DNA of 63,981 nt, filler included, from Octopus bimaculoides (Eukaryota), in assembly GCF_001194135.2 (NCBI RefSeq). It is 6 parts of 5 records of this genome, joined end to end, with 100 filler letters (N's around TTAATTAATTAA, not from the genome) between each part and the next. Parts side by side here need not be neighbours in the genome. Positions count along the whole stretch, not along the records: positions 36,740 to 42,915 come from NC_068981.1; positions 43,016 to 53,475 come from NC_068999.1; 4 more parts are not named here. One strand, 5' to 3'. The translations under genes were made by a program, and so were the position numbers. Below are positions 39,027-49,759 of the stretch, one piece after another. Numbering within the stretch: the stretch's first letter is position 1; every line of letters starts with the position of its first letter. Under the pieces are notes generated by a model. It was given only the letters and a program-made list of their open reading frames with translations, had not been told where the DNA came from and ran no database searches.

Positions 39027-39477
39027 CTGGGTGTGTGGTAAGAAGCTTGCTTTCCAACCACATGAATCCAGGTTCCGTCCCACTGCGTAGCATCTTGGGT
39101 AAATGTCTTCTGCTATAGCCTCGCGCCGACCAAAACCTTGTGAGTAGATTTGGTAGACGGTAACTGAAAGATGGCCGCCGTATATATATATATGTTTGTG
39201 TGTGTGTGTGTGTGTGTGTGTTTGTGCGTGTGCGTGTGTGTCTGTGTGTGTGTGTGTCTGTGTGTCTACGTGTGTGTGTCTACGTGTGTGTGTCTTTAGA
39301 TCTGTGTTTGTCCCCTATCACCGCTTGACAACCGATGTTGGTGTGTTTAGAATAAGTATCAGGCTTAAATAAAAAGTCCTGGGGTCGATTTCTTCAACTA
39401 AAACTCTTCACAGCGATGCCGAAGCATGACCGCAGTCAAGTGACTGAAACAAGTAAAAGATATAAAAATAAAAGATG
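39027..39477 (+). mobile_element. SINE family B, full length with an internal deletion
   Basis: Head, core, (TA)/(TG) spacer and tail GTGACTGAAACAAGTAAAAG all present. Confidence 0.9.
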
Positions 39478-39979
39478 TCAAGCGAGTTGTTAAAATTGAT
39501 CTTGTTCTGTCTAGTTTCTCGAACGATTTCCCAATGAGTCAAGTTCGCAATTTTGCACTGTGGCTAACCAGTCATTTGTACATTTTGAACTACTCAAGAA
39601 ATAACTCGTCACTTTCCACTACCTCTGCATGCGGCAGAATGCGCACCACTACAGTATTCAATCTTTGGCAAGAGCCATCTGTCACGTCAGTCTGGGGTGT
39701 CCATCTACTACAGCGGCAGTCCGTGGGTGCTGATGAACCCTCCTGGTTGCCTGTTGAGGGTCTTGAAGTGGCACCATTAGCCCGAATCTATGTTATTGGA
39801 CACTCATCATGCTAGTTTCATCAACCATAATTTTCCTTGCTAGCTTAGGCCAAGATGGAAGAGGGTATTAATTCTGGAGTTTTACTTCTAGATTGATTGC
39901 TTTCACCGCATCTAAGGAGCTAAATCTGTCCTTACAAAAATCTACTCAGGATGTAAGCCGAACATATATATATACTGCG

Positions 39980-40041
<62 letters not shown>

Positions 40042-41355
40042 TACATATATACACATGTTGCCATTACAAAAATACTCTCCTCTGTATATTTGCTATAAGA
40101 ATTATTACTATCAGTAACTTGGCTTGCTACGTAGCTTTTAATAATACAAATACAGAAAAAAAAATATTGTAGCATTGAGGAAAGAAGGAAAGAAAGAAAA
40201 AAAAGTGTAATGAAGTTGAAAGAAATCAATTATGCAGTAGTTGTCTTGATACAGTCGTTGACTATTATTACTTCCACAACAATTCACAAAATCAATGGCA
40301 ATTAACCTTTAGGAAAGGGACCATTTCTAAGATGTACTATTCGGAACCATCTTCAAGCAGAAGATAAAACTGATGTAATTGTCCGAACGGTCATTAAATT
40401 TGAAACAGCCCATTAAAGCCCGACCTACACTTAGATCAATCGTTTAGATTACGGCAAACTTCTAAATCTACTAACACACAACTGAAGTGTAATAAATAAA
40501 AGCACACAGAGAGAGAGAAGAAACGGTGTGTGCGGGCGTTGTTAGAAAATCGCTGAATAAGTAACCATCTCGTATCGAGAAAATACTTCCACCACTAACT
40601 CCACTACCACCATCACCACCACCAACTATCATGTAGTACACAATTGAGTGTAAATAAATATGCAAAGTATCGTAATATATAACGAATTCTTCACATAATA
40701 AATACACTGAATGCTGTCTCCGCTAAGGGGAGAGTGAAATATTTCGATGTAAGTGTGGTTAGTTTTCACATATAAATGATGTTATAGGATGGTTTTTAAC
40801 GAATGCGGTGTTGTCTTCATGTCACCGAGCGCAGCCTAATTGACGAAATACCTGCAGTTACTCATAGCATATTTGTGCATATATTGCATATGTTTCCTAT
40901 TGTGTATGCGCGTATATATATATACATGCGTATATACAAGGATATATTTATATATAGGCGTATATGTATATATATATACATGTGTGTGTGTGCGTATATG
41001 TAGATAGATAGGAATAGAATGAAATGTATTTATATACATACATACATACATACATGCATACATACATATAAATATATATGAATATATATACATACATACA
41101 TATAAATATACATGAATATATATGTATATAGTCACCTATATACAATTACACCCACATGTATTCTTATACCTTTGTGTATGTTTTAGTTTCAAAATATGAG
41201 GTAGGATTTATTCGTTAGAATCTGTTACTACCCCTAGTTCGCTTCTTGTTTCCAGCAGAAGTTGTGATGTTTCTAAATTCTAAATTTCATTCCTTCTCTG
41301 GTGTCCAAATTCCCCCGTTAATGTCTACAAGATGCTAAGACTAGCGAATGGGTAA

Positions 41356-41513
41356 TACAGTTCTATATTTAAGAGATGAGGAATTATGTACATTATTTAC
41401 ATTATTTATAATTGACGGATATTTGTCCTCATCTGGTTTGTTGTTAACATAACGTTTCGGCTAATATACCCTCCAGCCTTCATCAGGTGTGCTGGGGAAA
41501 GTTCGAACCTAGG
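41356..41513 (-). mobile_element. Solo PLE pseudo-LTR-like repeat (family C) carrying a hammerhead motif
   Basis: Homologous to 44521-44670, 46053-46190 and 47185-47364. Confidence 0.85.
41446..41491 (-). ncRNA. Minimal type I hammerhead ribozyme motif (best-preserved core in the window)
   Basis: Minus strand: CACAC CTGATGA A GGCTG gagggtatat TAGCC GAAA C GTT ATGTT; core intact, 5-bp stem II, but a C-A mismatch at the first stem I pair. Confidence 0.7.
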
Positions 41514-41635
41514 TTGGGCAAGTGTCTTCTACTATAACCATGTGAGTGGATTTGTAAGGCGGAAGCTGAAGGAAGCTCGGCATACATATATATGTGTGTG
41601 TGTGTGTGTGTGTGCGTGCGTGTGTGTGTGTGTGT

Positions 41636-41666
<31 letters not shown>

Positions 41667-42008
41667 NNNNNNNNNNNNNNNNNNNNNNNNNNNNNNNNNN
41701 NNNNNNNNNNNNNNNNNNNNNNNNNNNNNNNNNNNNNNNNNNNNNNNNNNNNNNNNNNNNNNNNNNNNNNNNNNNNNNNNNNNNNNNNNNNNNNNNNNNN
41801 NNNNNNNNNNNNNNNNNNNNNNNNNNNNNNNNNNNNNNNNNNNNNNNNNNNNNNNNNNNNNNNNNNNNNNNNNNNNNNNNNNNNCCAAGCTGTTCGGCAA
41901 AAGTGACCGATAGAATAAGTACTAGGCTTACAAACAATAAGACCTTGGGCCGATTTGCTCGACTAAAGGTGGTGCTCTAGCATGGCCGCTGTAAAAGAAT
42001 AAAAGAAT
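41514..42008 (+). mobile_element. SINE family B, 5'-truncated, microsatellite spacer contains a gap
   Basis: TTGGGCAAGTGTCTTCTACTATA...; after the gap GCTGTTCGGCAAAAGTGACCGATAGAATAAGTACTAGGCTTAC...AAAAGAATAAAAGAAT. Confidence 0.9.
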
Positions 42009-42011
42009 CTA

Positions 42012-42606
42012 TATTATTATTATTATTATTATTGTTATTATTATTACTATTATTATTATTATTGAGTGAGAGAGCAGTGCATGCCATCAAAGTGACACTG
42101 GGGTAAAATATACGAAGCCCATTATGTCCATCATGACTACCAGTCTGCTAAGGGTACACCAGGCACATGCATCACAACCATATGTGCGCGACATGGTGAT
42201 CTCATATCATGATAAACAGCGTATGACCTCGCAGTTGGGGCCCAGTTAGAATTTTCTTCAGGTCGAATAGCCCATCCCGCTCAAAAGTTCCCTGAATAAG
42301 GTTTGTTTAAGGATGTTGAGCAAAACACCCATGTTTCCAAAGGTGAATTATTCAAACGCCAAAGAATTCCTCTCAACACATGGCTATGATGCTCCCCCAC
42401 TACTTCTGCTCATGATCAGAGATGCACATATCGTCAGCCACCAAGGGGCATGCTCAACTGGCTAAAGTCAAACAACTGACAAGCAAATCTTTGGTATTAA
42501 GCACGATATTTGCTGTAGCCCATCTTTTATACCAAGACAAAACAATGTACATAATAACACTTCCAATCAATTAAGATCAGAAGCCATGAGAGCTAGTGCC
42601 TGGTAC

Positions 42607-42607
<1 letters not shown>
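42012..42607 (-). mobile_element. Unclassified ~545-bp retroposon-like repeat with (AAT)n tail
   Basis: Discrete non-coding block bounded by (TAT)n tracts; on the minus strand ends CTCTCTCACTC-(AAT)n; recalled as a common octopus repeat, not verified. Confidence 0.55.
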
Positions 42608-42664
<57 letters not shown>

Positions 42665-42915
42665 TAGTTTTATTTTTATAACGTGCTTTCACTTCACTAC
42701 CGAGCGCAGCTCTGTGCACCTTGGGTATGTGCTGTGGTTTGCTGTGGTGCTCTTATGTTTACTGTATTGAAAGTGTTTTGCGTAGAATGTGTGCAGTACC
42801 CAGTAGTGCAATTTTCTGTATGTTATATATATTTGTAAGTCCTGGTGTTTTTGTTATGTATTTGTCTGAATATTTTTTTATTATACCTAAGGCACCTACT
42901 ATGATAGGAATTGTT
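42608..42915 (-). mobile_element. R4/Dong-like LINE 3' end with (AAT)n tail
   Basis: Near-identical reverse complement of 63677-63930; encodes TIPIIVGALG...QKIALLGTAHILRKTLSIQ*. Confidence 0.85.
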
Positions 42916-43015
42916 NNNNNNNNNNNNNNNNNNNNNNNNNNNNNNNNNNNNNNNNNNNNTTAATTAATTAANNNNNNNNNNNNNNNNNNNNNNNNNNNNN
43001 NNNNNNNNNNNNNNN

Positions 43016-43166
43016 GGCTTCTTTCAGTTTCCGTCTACCAAATCCACTCACAAGGCTTTAGTCGGACCGAGGCTATAGTAGAAGAAACTTGCCCAAGGTG
43101 CCACGCAGTGGGACTGAACCCAGAACTATATGGTTGGTGAGCAAGCTACTTACCACACATCCACTC
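43016..43166 (-). mobile_element. SINE family B, 5' half, low divergence
   Basis: CTTTCAGTTTCCGTCTACCAAATCCACTCACAAGGC..CTTGCCCAAGGTGCCACGCAGTGGGACTGAACCC. Confidence 0.92.
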
Positions 43167-44520
43167 AAGAATCTTTATTTATGCACATATGCAAGTGGTA
43201 TATATTTAGTATGGTCTCAATAAATATGATATGTCTATGACTTTTTCCGTTCTTTCAGACACCTGTGAAGTCGAAACACTTCTTGGACATGTGAAAGATG
43301 ACGAATGAAGACAATCCGTGAGAGGCAATTATTTCCAGAAGGCTGATGGTCTGAGGAAGAAGGACCGGTTATTGTGGTTTGTGTGAAGCTTGGGTGTTAG
43401 ACATAGCATGTTTAATGGAAGTGATAGATACGAGTTAATCAGATGAGAATGCATGCAAGTAATAAGAAGGAAGACATGTGTCTGCTATGTGTGAAGTTCA
43501 TATGATGTGCATATGTTCACTTTCAGAGAAAAATCTATACCGGTTAGATCGGTGGAATGGGTGGTGGGCCCTCTTTGAACTGTTACCCAAGTATCATTCC
43601 CCTTGATACCAAAGAGTCATTTCTTGTTTGTGTTTATCAAAAATTCTCGCGAGACTTTACTGAGACTACCTGTGACTTTTCGTGTTTTAATCCACAATGG
43701 GGACAAACACCAATTTTACTATGTGATCGGCTTGAAGGTAGCCTCAATATACAAATAAAGAATGTTTTTTTCCACCAATGCGGTGTTGAGCACTTATTTT
43801 CATTGTTCGACATTTACATATATATATATATATATATATANNNNNNNNNNNNNNNNNNNNNNNNNNNNNNNNNNNNNNNNNNNNNNNNNNNNNNNNNNNN
43901 NNNNNNNNNNNNNNNNNNNNNNNNNNNNNNNNNNNNNNNNNNNNNNNNNNNNNNNNNNNNNNNNNNNNNNNNNNNNNNNNNNNNNNNNNNNNNNNNNNNN
44001 NNNNNNNNNNNNNNNNNNNNNNNNNNNNNNNNNNNNNNNNNNNNNNNNNNNNNNNNNATATATATATATATATACATGCTTGTGTGCTTGTGTGTGTGTG
44101 TGCTTGAATTAGATAGAAATGATGGGTTATATACATTTATTTATTTATTTATTATTATAGGCTTACAACTTTGCCAGGTTTGCATTTTGATGCCTTCATG
44201 GTTGAATTTTATTTCTCGTGTAATCTACTGAAAATATAGATAACGACCCTCACAATGATATCTTCATCAGAGCCAAAATAAATCAACTACGAAAGTAAAA
44301 AAAAAAAGAAAAGGAAGTGGATGGACTTTAGTCAGTGTGGAATTTATATAGAACTAGATCGTCTGTTTCTAGATCATTTGTTTAAATTATTGGGCTCTCT
44401 AATCACAGGCAAATAGCATTGACATCCAGTAAAGAAATTTCATGCAGGTTTTAAAGTTTATTGCTATATGTTTGGAAACTATGTTAGGTCATTTGCATAG
44501 TTTGGAAGATTACTAATATG

Positions 44521-44667
44521 TATGCATTATTTACATTTGACGGATATTTGTCCTCATCTGGTTTGATGTTAACACAACGTTTCGGCTCATGTACTCTCCA
44601 GCATTTATCAGATGTTCAGGGAGAATTTAGAACATGGGTTCTCATTCCGAACGTATTTTTCCGATGT

Positions 44668-44670
<3 letters not shown>
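44521..44670 (-). mobile_element. Family C repeat (downstream pLTR-like copy), decayed hammerhead at 44571-44616
   Basis: AACAT CTGATAA atgctggagagtacatgagcc GAAAC GTT GTGTT: G8 changed to A and stem II broken, stem I retained. Confidence 0.8.

Positions 44671-44752
<82 letters not shown>
44669..44752. repeat. Palindromic (AAT)n-(ATT)n microsatellite
   Basis: An AAT run directly followed by its complement. Confidence 0.95.
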
Positions 44753-44755
<3 letters not shown>

Positions 44756-46052
44756 TAGGTAATTTCTGCACAGAAGATCAACATTTCCTATTGGTATACT
44801 AGTGCGTTCTTTTAGACAGGTGTCTGTCACCAGTTTTTCTTGAAGCACTGATAGTGCTTCATCAGTTGGGACTTTGGTTAACAGACTTATCACATATAGA
44901 CTCACCATCTGGTTGAATTCAATGGGTGTTTCCTTGATCAATTCTGTGAAGTGGATGGAATTCCTCACGTACGATGTTGACTTTCCTACTAATGGACTGA
45001 TTGTATCCACAAGGAAGCGGCTCAGTGGATGACATATTGAACCTCTACAGCTCACTATTGGTCCTAATGGAATACCGTCCTTGTGAATATTAGGGAAACC
45101 GTACATGTATGGTAGCTTACTGTAGTGATGAGTCAGTTGTCTGTACTTCATTGGTATAAAGTGATCCTTGTTTTTGATCACGACCTGTGACAACTTCCTC
45201 TCTGTTTTCAGAGTTGGGTCTTTCTTTACTTTATAGTAGCTACCATCACTTATGTGACTTTCCAATTTTTCAGAGTAGTCAGACTTGTTCATCACTACTG
45301 TAGCATTTCCCTTGTACACTGGAAGTATTATGATGGAATTGTCACTCTCTCTCAAGTGTTTTGATAGCGAAACTTTCTTCCTTAGTGATGTTTGGTTAAG
45401 GAAGTTTCGCTTTTTCTAGTACCTGTCTCACTTTCTACCTTAGTTCATCTCCCTGAGCTTTTGGTATCTTTATGGCTATCTCTTCAACGGGAGCTATTAT
45501 GTTCAAGTATGTAATGCGCTTGATAGTTGTCGCAGAGTTGAGACCTTTCTTTAGTACTGCTTCATCAGAGATTTCTAGATGTCGGCTACTTACATTATTA
45601 TTGCTTTCACGGATGGGTGACGGATTTCAGTCTCTGAAATTTGAGCTTCATAAATTTCTTAATCAGGCGCGTATTCACCTTTTCAACTTCTTTCTCCTAC
45701 GACTTTTCTTCATCTTGTTGGGTTCTCTTTCTATCATCTCTGGTTATTCTCCTGTGTAATGAAGATAACTTCTCTCTGATTTCGTTATTTCGTTGAATGT
45801 TTTTTTTTTCTTTTCCAACAGTCATAATAGATTCCCTCACAGACGAGGGCATGTCCTGCCATTTCCGCAACTCTTCGAGCTTTATATGAATCCACTGGTG
45901 TCATTATATTCAAACCAGGTGGTATTACCTGTCGTTGAGTCTCTACACCTACAGAAGAAAGTTAGATGGTTTGAAGGACGAGCTAGTTTCTGATGGAGTT
46001 TCTCTGTATGTCTCCATTGAAGCCTAATGTTGGCTCCGTACCAATTACATAA
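44753..46052 (-). pseudogene. Poseidon-like Penelope element: ORF N-terminus through RT motif A, 3'-truncated
   Basis: LHQKLAR..NHLTFL; TPVDSYKARRVAE; ILPVYKGNATVVMNKSDY (ADKG-like); YGFPNIHKDGIPLGPIVSCRGS; MVSLYVISLLTKVPTDEA (SFDV.SLFT.VP-like). Confidence 0.9.
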
Positions 46053-46190
46053 TACAGTTCTATTTTTCAGAGATTAGGAATTATGTACATTATTTAAATT
46101 TGATGGATATTTGTCCTCATCATTTTTCTTCTTAACACAACGTTTCAGCAGATGTACTCTACAACCTTCATCAGTTGTCCTGCGGATGAA
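46053..46190 (-). mobile_element. Family C repeat (upstream pLTR-like copy), decayed hammerhead at 46134-46179
   Basis: GACAA CTGATGA aggttgtagagtacatctgct GAAAC GTT GTGTT; runs directly into the PLE ORF (ATGTACATAATTCC..GAACTGTA). Confidence 0.85.
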
Positions 46191-46378
46191 TATAAAATAA
46201 TAGACAGAAAACACCGCTGAAAAATACAAAAACTAAAAGAGGCAGTACATATGCCAGGGCATAATAACCTCCTAAGCAGACCTAGTGCAGACATGAGTTG
46301 CATATGGGAACTGGTATTAAGGAAGGATAGGAAAATATTAGATTTATAAGCCCTAAAATTCACTGCATAAATACCCAC

Positions 46379-46450
46379 AGGCATATGGCGTTGTGGTTAT
46401 TTCGCAGGCTACTAACCCCAAAATTCCGAGTTCGATTCCAGGCAGTGATC

Positions 46451-46481
<31 letters not shown>
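46379..46481 (+). mobile_element. Mini tRNA-derived SINE (head only) with (AAT)n tail
   Basis: A-box-like TGGCGTTGTGGTTA, B-box GAGTTCGATTCC, then (AAT)n from 46453. Confidence 0.7.
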
Positions 46482-47180
46482 GATGGTGGCTCTAATCTGT
46501 GCTGCCCAATAGCAGGCACTAAGAACACACTACATAAAATACAGAATAGACAACACTTCAGAAAGTAATAAGTGCAGAATCTGTGGACAAAACGGTGAAA
46601 CCGTATGGCATATTATCAGCCAATGTACGCCACTAGCCCAGAAGGAATACAAGAGACGCCACGGCAATATAGCCAGGCTTGTCCATTGCACACATTGCAA
46701 CAAGTATGGACCTGACAGAGCGAAAATAGAAATGCAAACATTCTATGGGATTTTATGATTCAGTGCGACCATGAGATTGAGAATAGGAAGCCGGACATAG
46801 TGTTAATTGAGAAAGAAAGCAAACTATGCTGGATCATAGACATAGCATTCCCAGCTGACAACAAGGTATGCGATATGGAAGAAAGAAATGTCGAGAAATA
46901 TGACAGGTTAGCTTGGGAAGTTAAGCAGTTGTAGTCGATGAAAAAGGTAGGTGTAGTACCAATAATTGTCGGAGCCCTGGGAACAGTGAGCATACATCTT
47001 GAGAACAAATAGGGGCTGCAATAAGGGTGGAGAACTTGCAGAAAACAGCACTGCTTGGAATCGCTCGAATATTCCGGAAGGTGCTCGAAAAATAAGAGGC
47101 GTTACCTTAGTTCACTGGTAGTGAACAGCTGACACTGTAGTACATCTTCAGAGTTAGAAGCTGTACAAAGGCAACAATAA
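46482..47180 (+). pseudogene. R4/Dong-like LINE 3' fragment (CCHC knuckle plus RLE endonuclease)
   Basis: CRICGQNGETVWHIISQCTPLAQKEYKRRH; ILWDFMIQCDHEIENRKPDIVLI; IIDIAFP; VPIIVGALG; LQKTALLGIARIFRKVLEK*. Confidence 0.9.
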
Positions 47181-47184
47181 TAAC

Positions 47185-47364
47185 TATAACATCGGGCAAA
47201 TATCTTAGGAATGAGAACCCAGGATCGAAATTCCCCCAGGATACTTGATGAAGGCTGGAGTGTACATCAACCGAAACCTGAAACAAGATGAGGACAAATA
47301 TCCGTCAAATGTAAATAACCTAAATAATGTACATAATTCCTCATCTCTCAAATATAGAACTGTA
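47185..47364 (+). mobile_element. Solo family C repeat, hammerhead decayed (47240-47277)
   Basis: GATAC TTGATGA aggctggagtgtacatcaacc GAAAC, then stem III and stem I 3' strand deleted; ends GAACTGTA. Confidence 0.85.
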
Positions 47365-48429
47365 CTAATACGTGTATACAATTGCAAATTGAACTCCTAC
47401 TTAAAGTCCACACTTTCATTTTTCTCCTTGTGAAACCCACATAGTACACGAAATCCGCCTTTTAAATAATTGGATGAAGGGAAGTCTATTCTATGTTTTT
47501 TTTTGTTAAAAGCTATTGGAGTAATATAAGTATGTGTGTGTGCGCGTGTATGTACATAAATGTATATAGAGGAATGTATACATGTGTATGTATTTATGTA
47601 TGTATGTATGTATACATGCATGGTGTATTACTGTATGTACGCATGTATGCAGTGTGTTTCATAGATTTAATAAAAATATTTCCGTAAACGAGTAAACCTA
47701 TGTTAAATATATTTTGTGACGGAGGCAAATCAAATTGTAAGCATGTTATATGAAATAAAATATTTTTTTCTGTACAAATACGTGTTGTCTGCATTCGCAT
47801 TTATCTTTAACTCATGGATATTACATATTAATGCAATACAGCAGCTGTTACAAAAGTTTTAATGAAAATTCTCAACTAAAGAACAGCTTTCAAAACAATT
47901 ACTGCTATCAAATTGGCTGTGAATCACAATTCCACATGGTTTTTACTTTTGCTAATCCTATTATATTTTCTATTTTTGTATGCAATATGCAACAATGTGT
48001 ATAAAGCAAGTGGGCTTTGTATCACAATTGAATATTTTATCTTTATAACAATGCCTATGGTAAACATATTCAAGGGAGGCGATTTTCTCGACTTATTTTA
48101 AAATAACAACATTTACGTCCAATCACATCCTAATTTCTTCAACAAAAGGACTTAGATCGGAATGTAGTCCAAGTTATACTATACCTAGAATATACCGATA
48201 ATGGCTGAAATGGCTTTGTTCATACTTGTGTTCGACCATGGTTGGATCAACGAAAGAACCACAAAAGACAGTATGTTTGCCACATGATAGACATCTATCT
48301 AGTAGATTGTTTTACATGAAATCTCGTATTTGAAAAGTAACAATAAAATGTTTCAGAAATGTTAGAGAACGGATTTATTTAATCAAAGTATGATCCATGT
48401 TCATTTATGAAGCTTACCCAACGTTTCTC

Positions 48430-49400
48430 TGTGTTATATATTCCACCTTAAAAAGAAAAAAAAATCATCATTGGCTCTGATAAACTGTCCGAATGCTTCA
48501 ATTACTTCTTCTCTATTTAAGAATGTTTTATTGCTTATGAAAAACTCAAAATGCTTAAATAGGTGATGATTAGTAGGAGAAATTTCATCGAAATAGAGAG
48601 GATGTTGCAAAATCTCATAGTTCAGACTTTGCAACTTTTGGACCGTAGCTTGAGGAGTGTGAGGATGTGCATTGTCGTGGACCAAAATTGTGTCCTCACT
48701 ATTCACTTGTCTGTGTTGCCTCTTTTTCAAATTCTCATGCATACAATCAATTTCCTGCCAATATGATGTTGTTGTTACCATTTTTCCTCGTTGCAAAAAT
48801 GAATAATAAATACCTCCCTTTGCAGACCATCATACGGTGACCACTAACTTTTTAGGGTGCAATGGTGGATTTGATTAGTGTTTAGATGGCTCTCCTGCAT
48901 CTAATCACTGTCCTGTTCTCCTGCTGTTGTCAAAGAGTATCCATTTCTCATCACAAGTAATGATTTGATACAAAAATAGTCTTTTTCCAATCGAGAAAGC
49001 AATAATGAGCATACTTCGAGGCGTCTGTTTTTCTTTTTTAAAATCTCCTTTAGTTGATGTAGAACAAACCTATCCATTTCCTTGAATTTTCCAATTTTTT
49101 ACAGGTTTTCAAAAACAGTTGTGCGAGATGTTTGAAAGTTTTCGAAGCTTTGTTCTCGGACTTTGTGCAGCCAAAGTATTTAATCCATCATGCCGAATAA
49201 CTGATGTTAGCCTACCCCTTGGTTTATTTTCAAGGCTATCATCTCCTGAACGAGAGCTTTGGAACGAACCATCTCTGAACAGTTCGAATGTCAACAATAC
49301 AATTACCAAAGACCCGCTTGATATTCCGTAGCGCTTGTACTCATACGAGAAAATCACTCAACATAGTTTGGTTATCATTTTCGTAATGTCTGTGGATACG
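48430..49400 (-). pseudogene. Mariner transposase pseudogene, nearly full span
   Basis: IFSYEYK..SRSGDDSLENKPRGR (N-terminal HTH region); ILVHDNAHPH; HPLYFDEISPTNHHLFKH (HPPYSPDLSP.D-like). Confidence 0.9.
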
Positions 49401-49671
49401 GATGTTGTATACCAATATTGTTGGGAAAGAAATCGCGTCAAGATTAAATGCAAGGTATACATCATTGAGTTTTTAAATGGCTAAAATAACAAGTAATTAA
49501 AAATGCGACATTTCATGTGAAACAGCGTAATATATACTCGTACTAATGCTCACTCCACTGTAGAAGATAAATAAATACGCCAGTAATTAATATGAAAATT
49601 AGATTTCAAATATAATTCCATGTTTCTCTTTTCCTATCTTTTTATGTATGCCTATGTGTGCGTGTCTGTGT

Positions 49672-49705
<34 letters not shown>

Positions 49706-49725
49706 AACATACATACATACATACA

Positions 49726-49759
<34 letters not shown>

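Noticed and set aside
39726-39775. GGTG CTGATGA ACCCTC...GAGGGT cttGAAG..CACC hammerhead look-alike
   Set aside because: Stem II is good but GAAA is displaced and mutated, and there is no stem III or NUH triplet.
39480-39900. Possible Tc1-like transposase relic on the minus strand
   Set aside because: Only vague resemblance; no diagnostic DDE motif readable.
43258-43310. Acceptor TTCTTTCAG followed by a short frame (DTCEVETLLGHVKDDE*)
   Set aside because: No recognisable homology and no supportable upstream exon.
44850-45570. Minus-strand CTGATGA hits inside the PLE ORF
   Set aside because: They are codons (e.g. VPTDEA) without complete hammerhead geometry.
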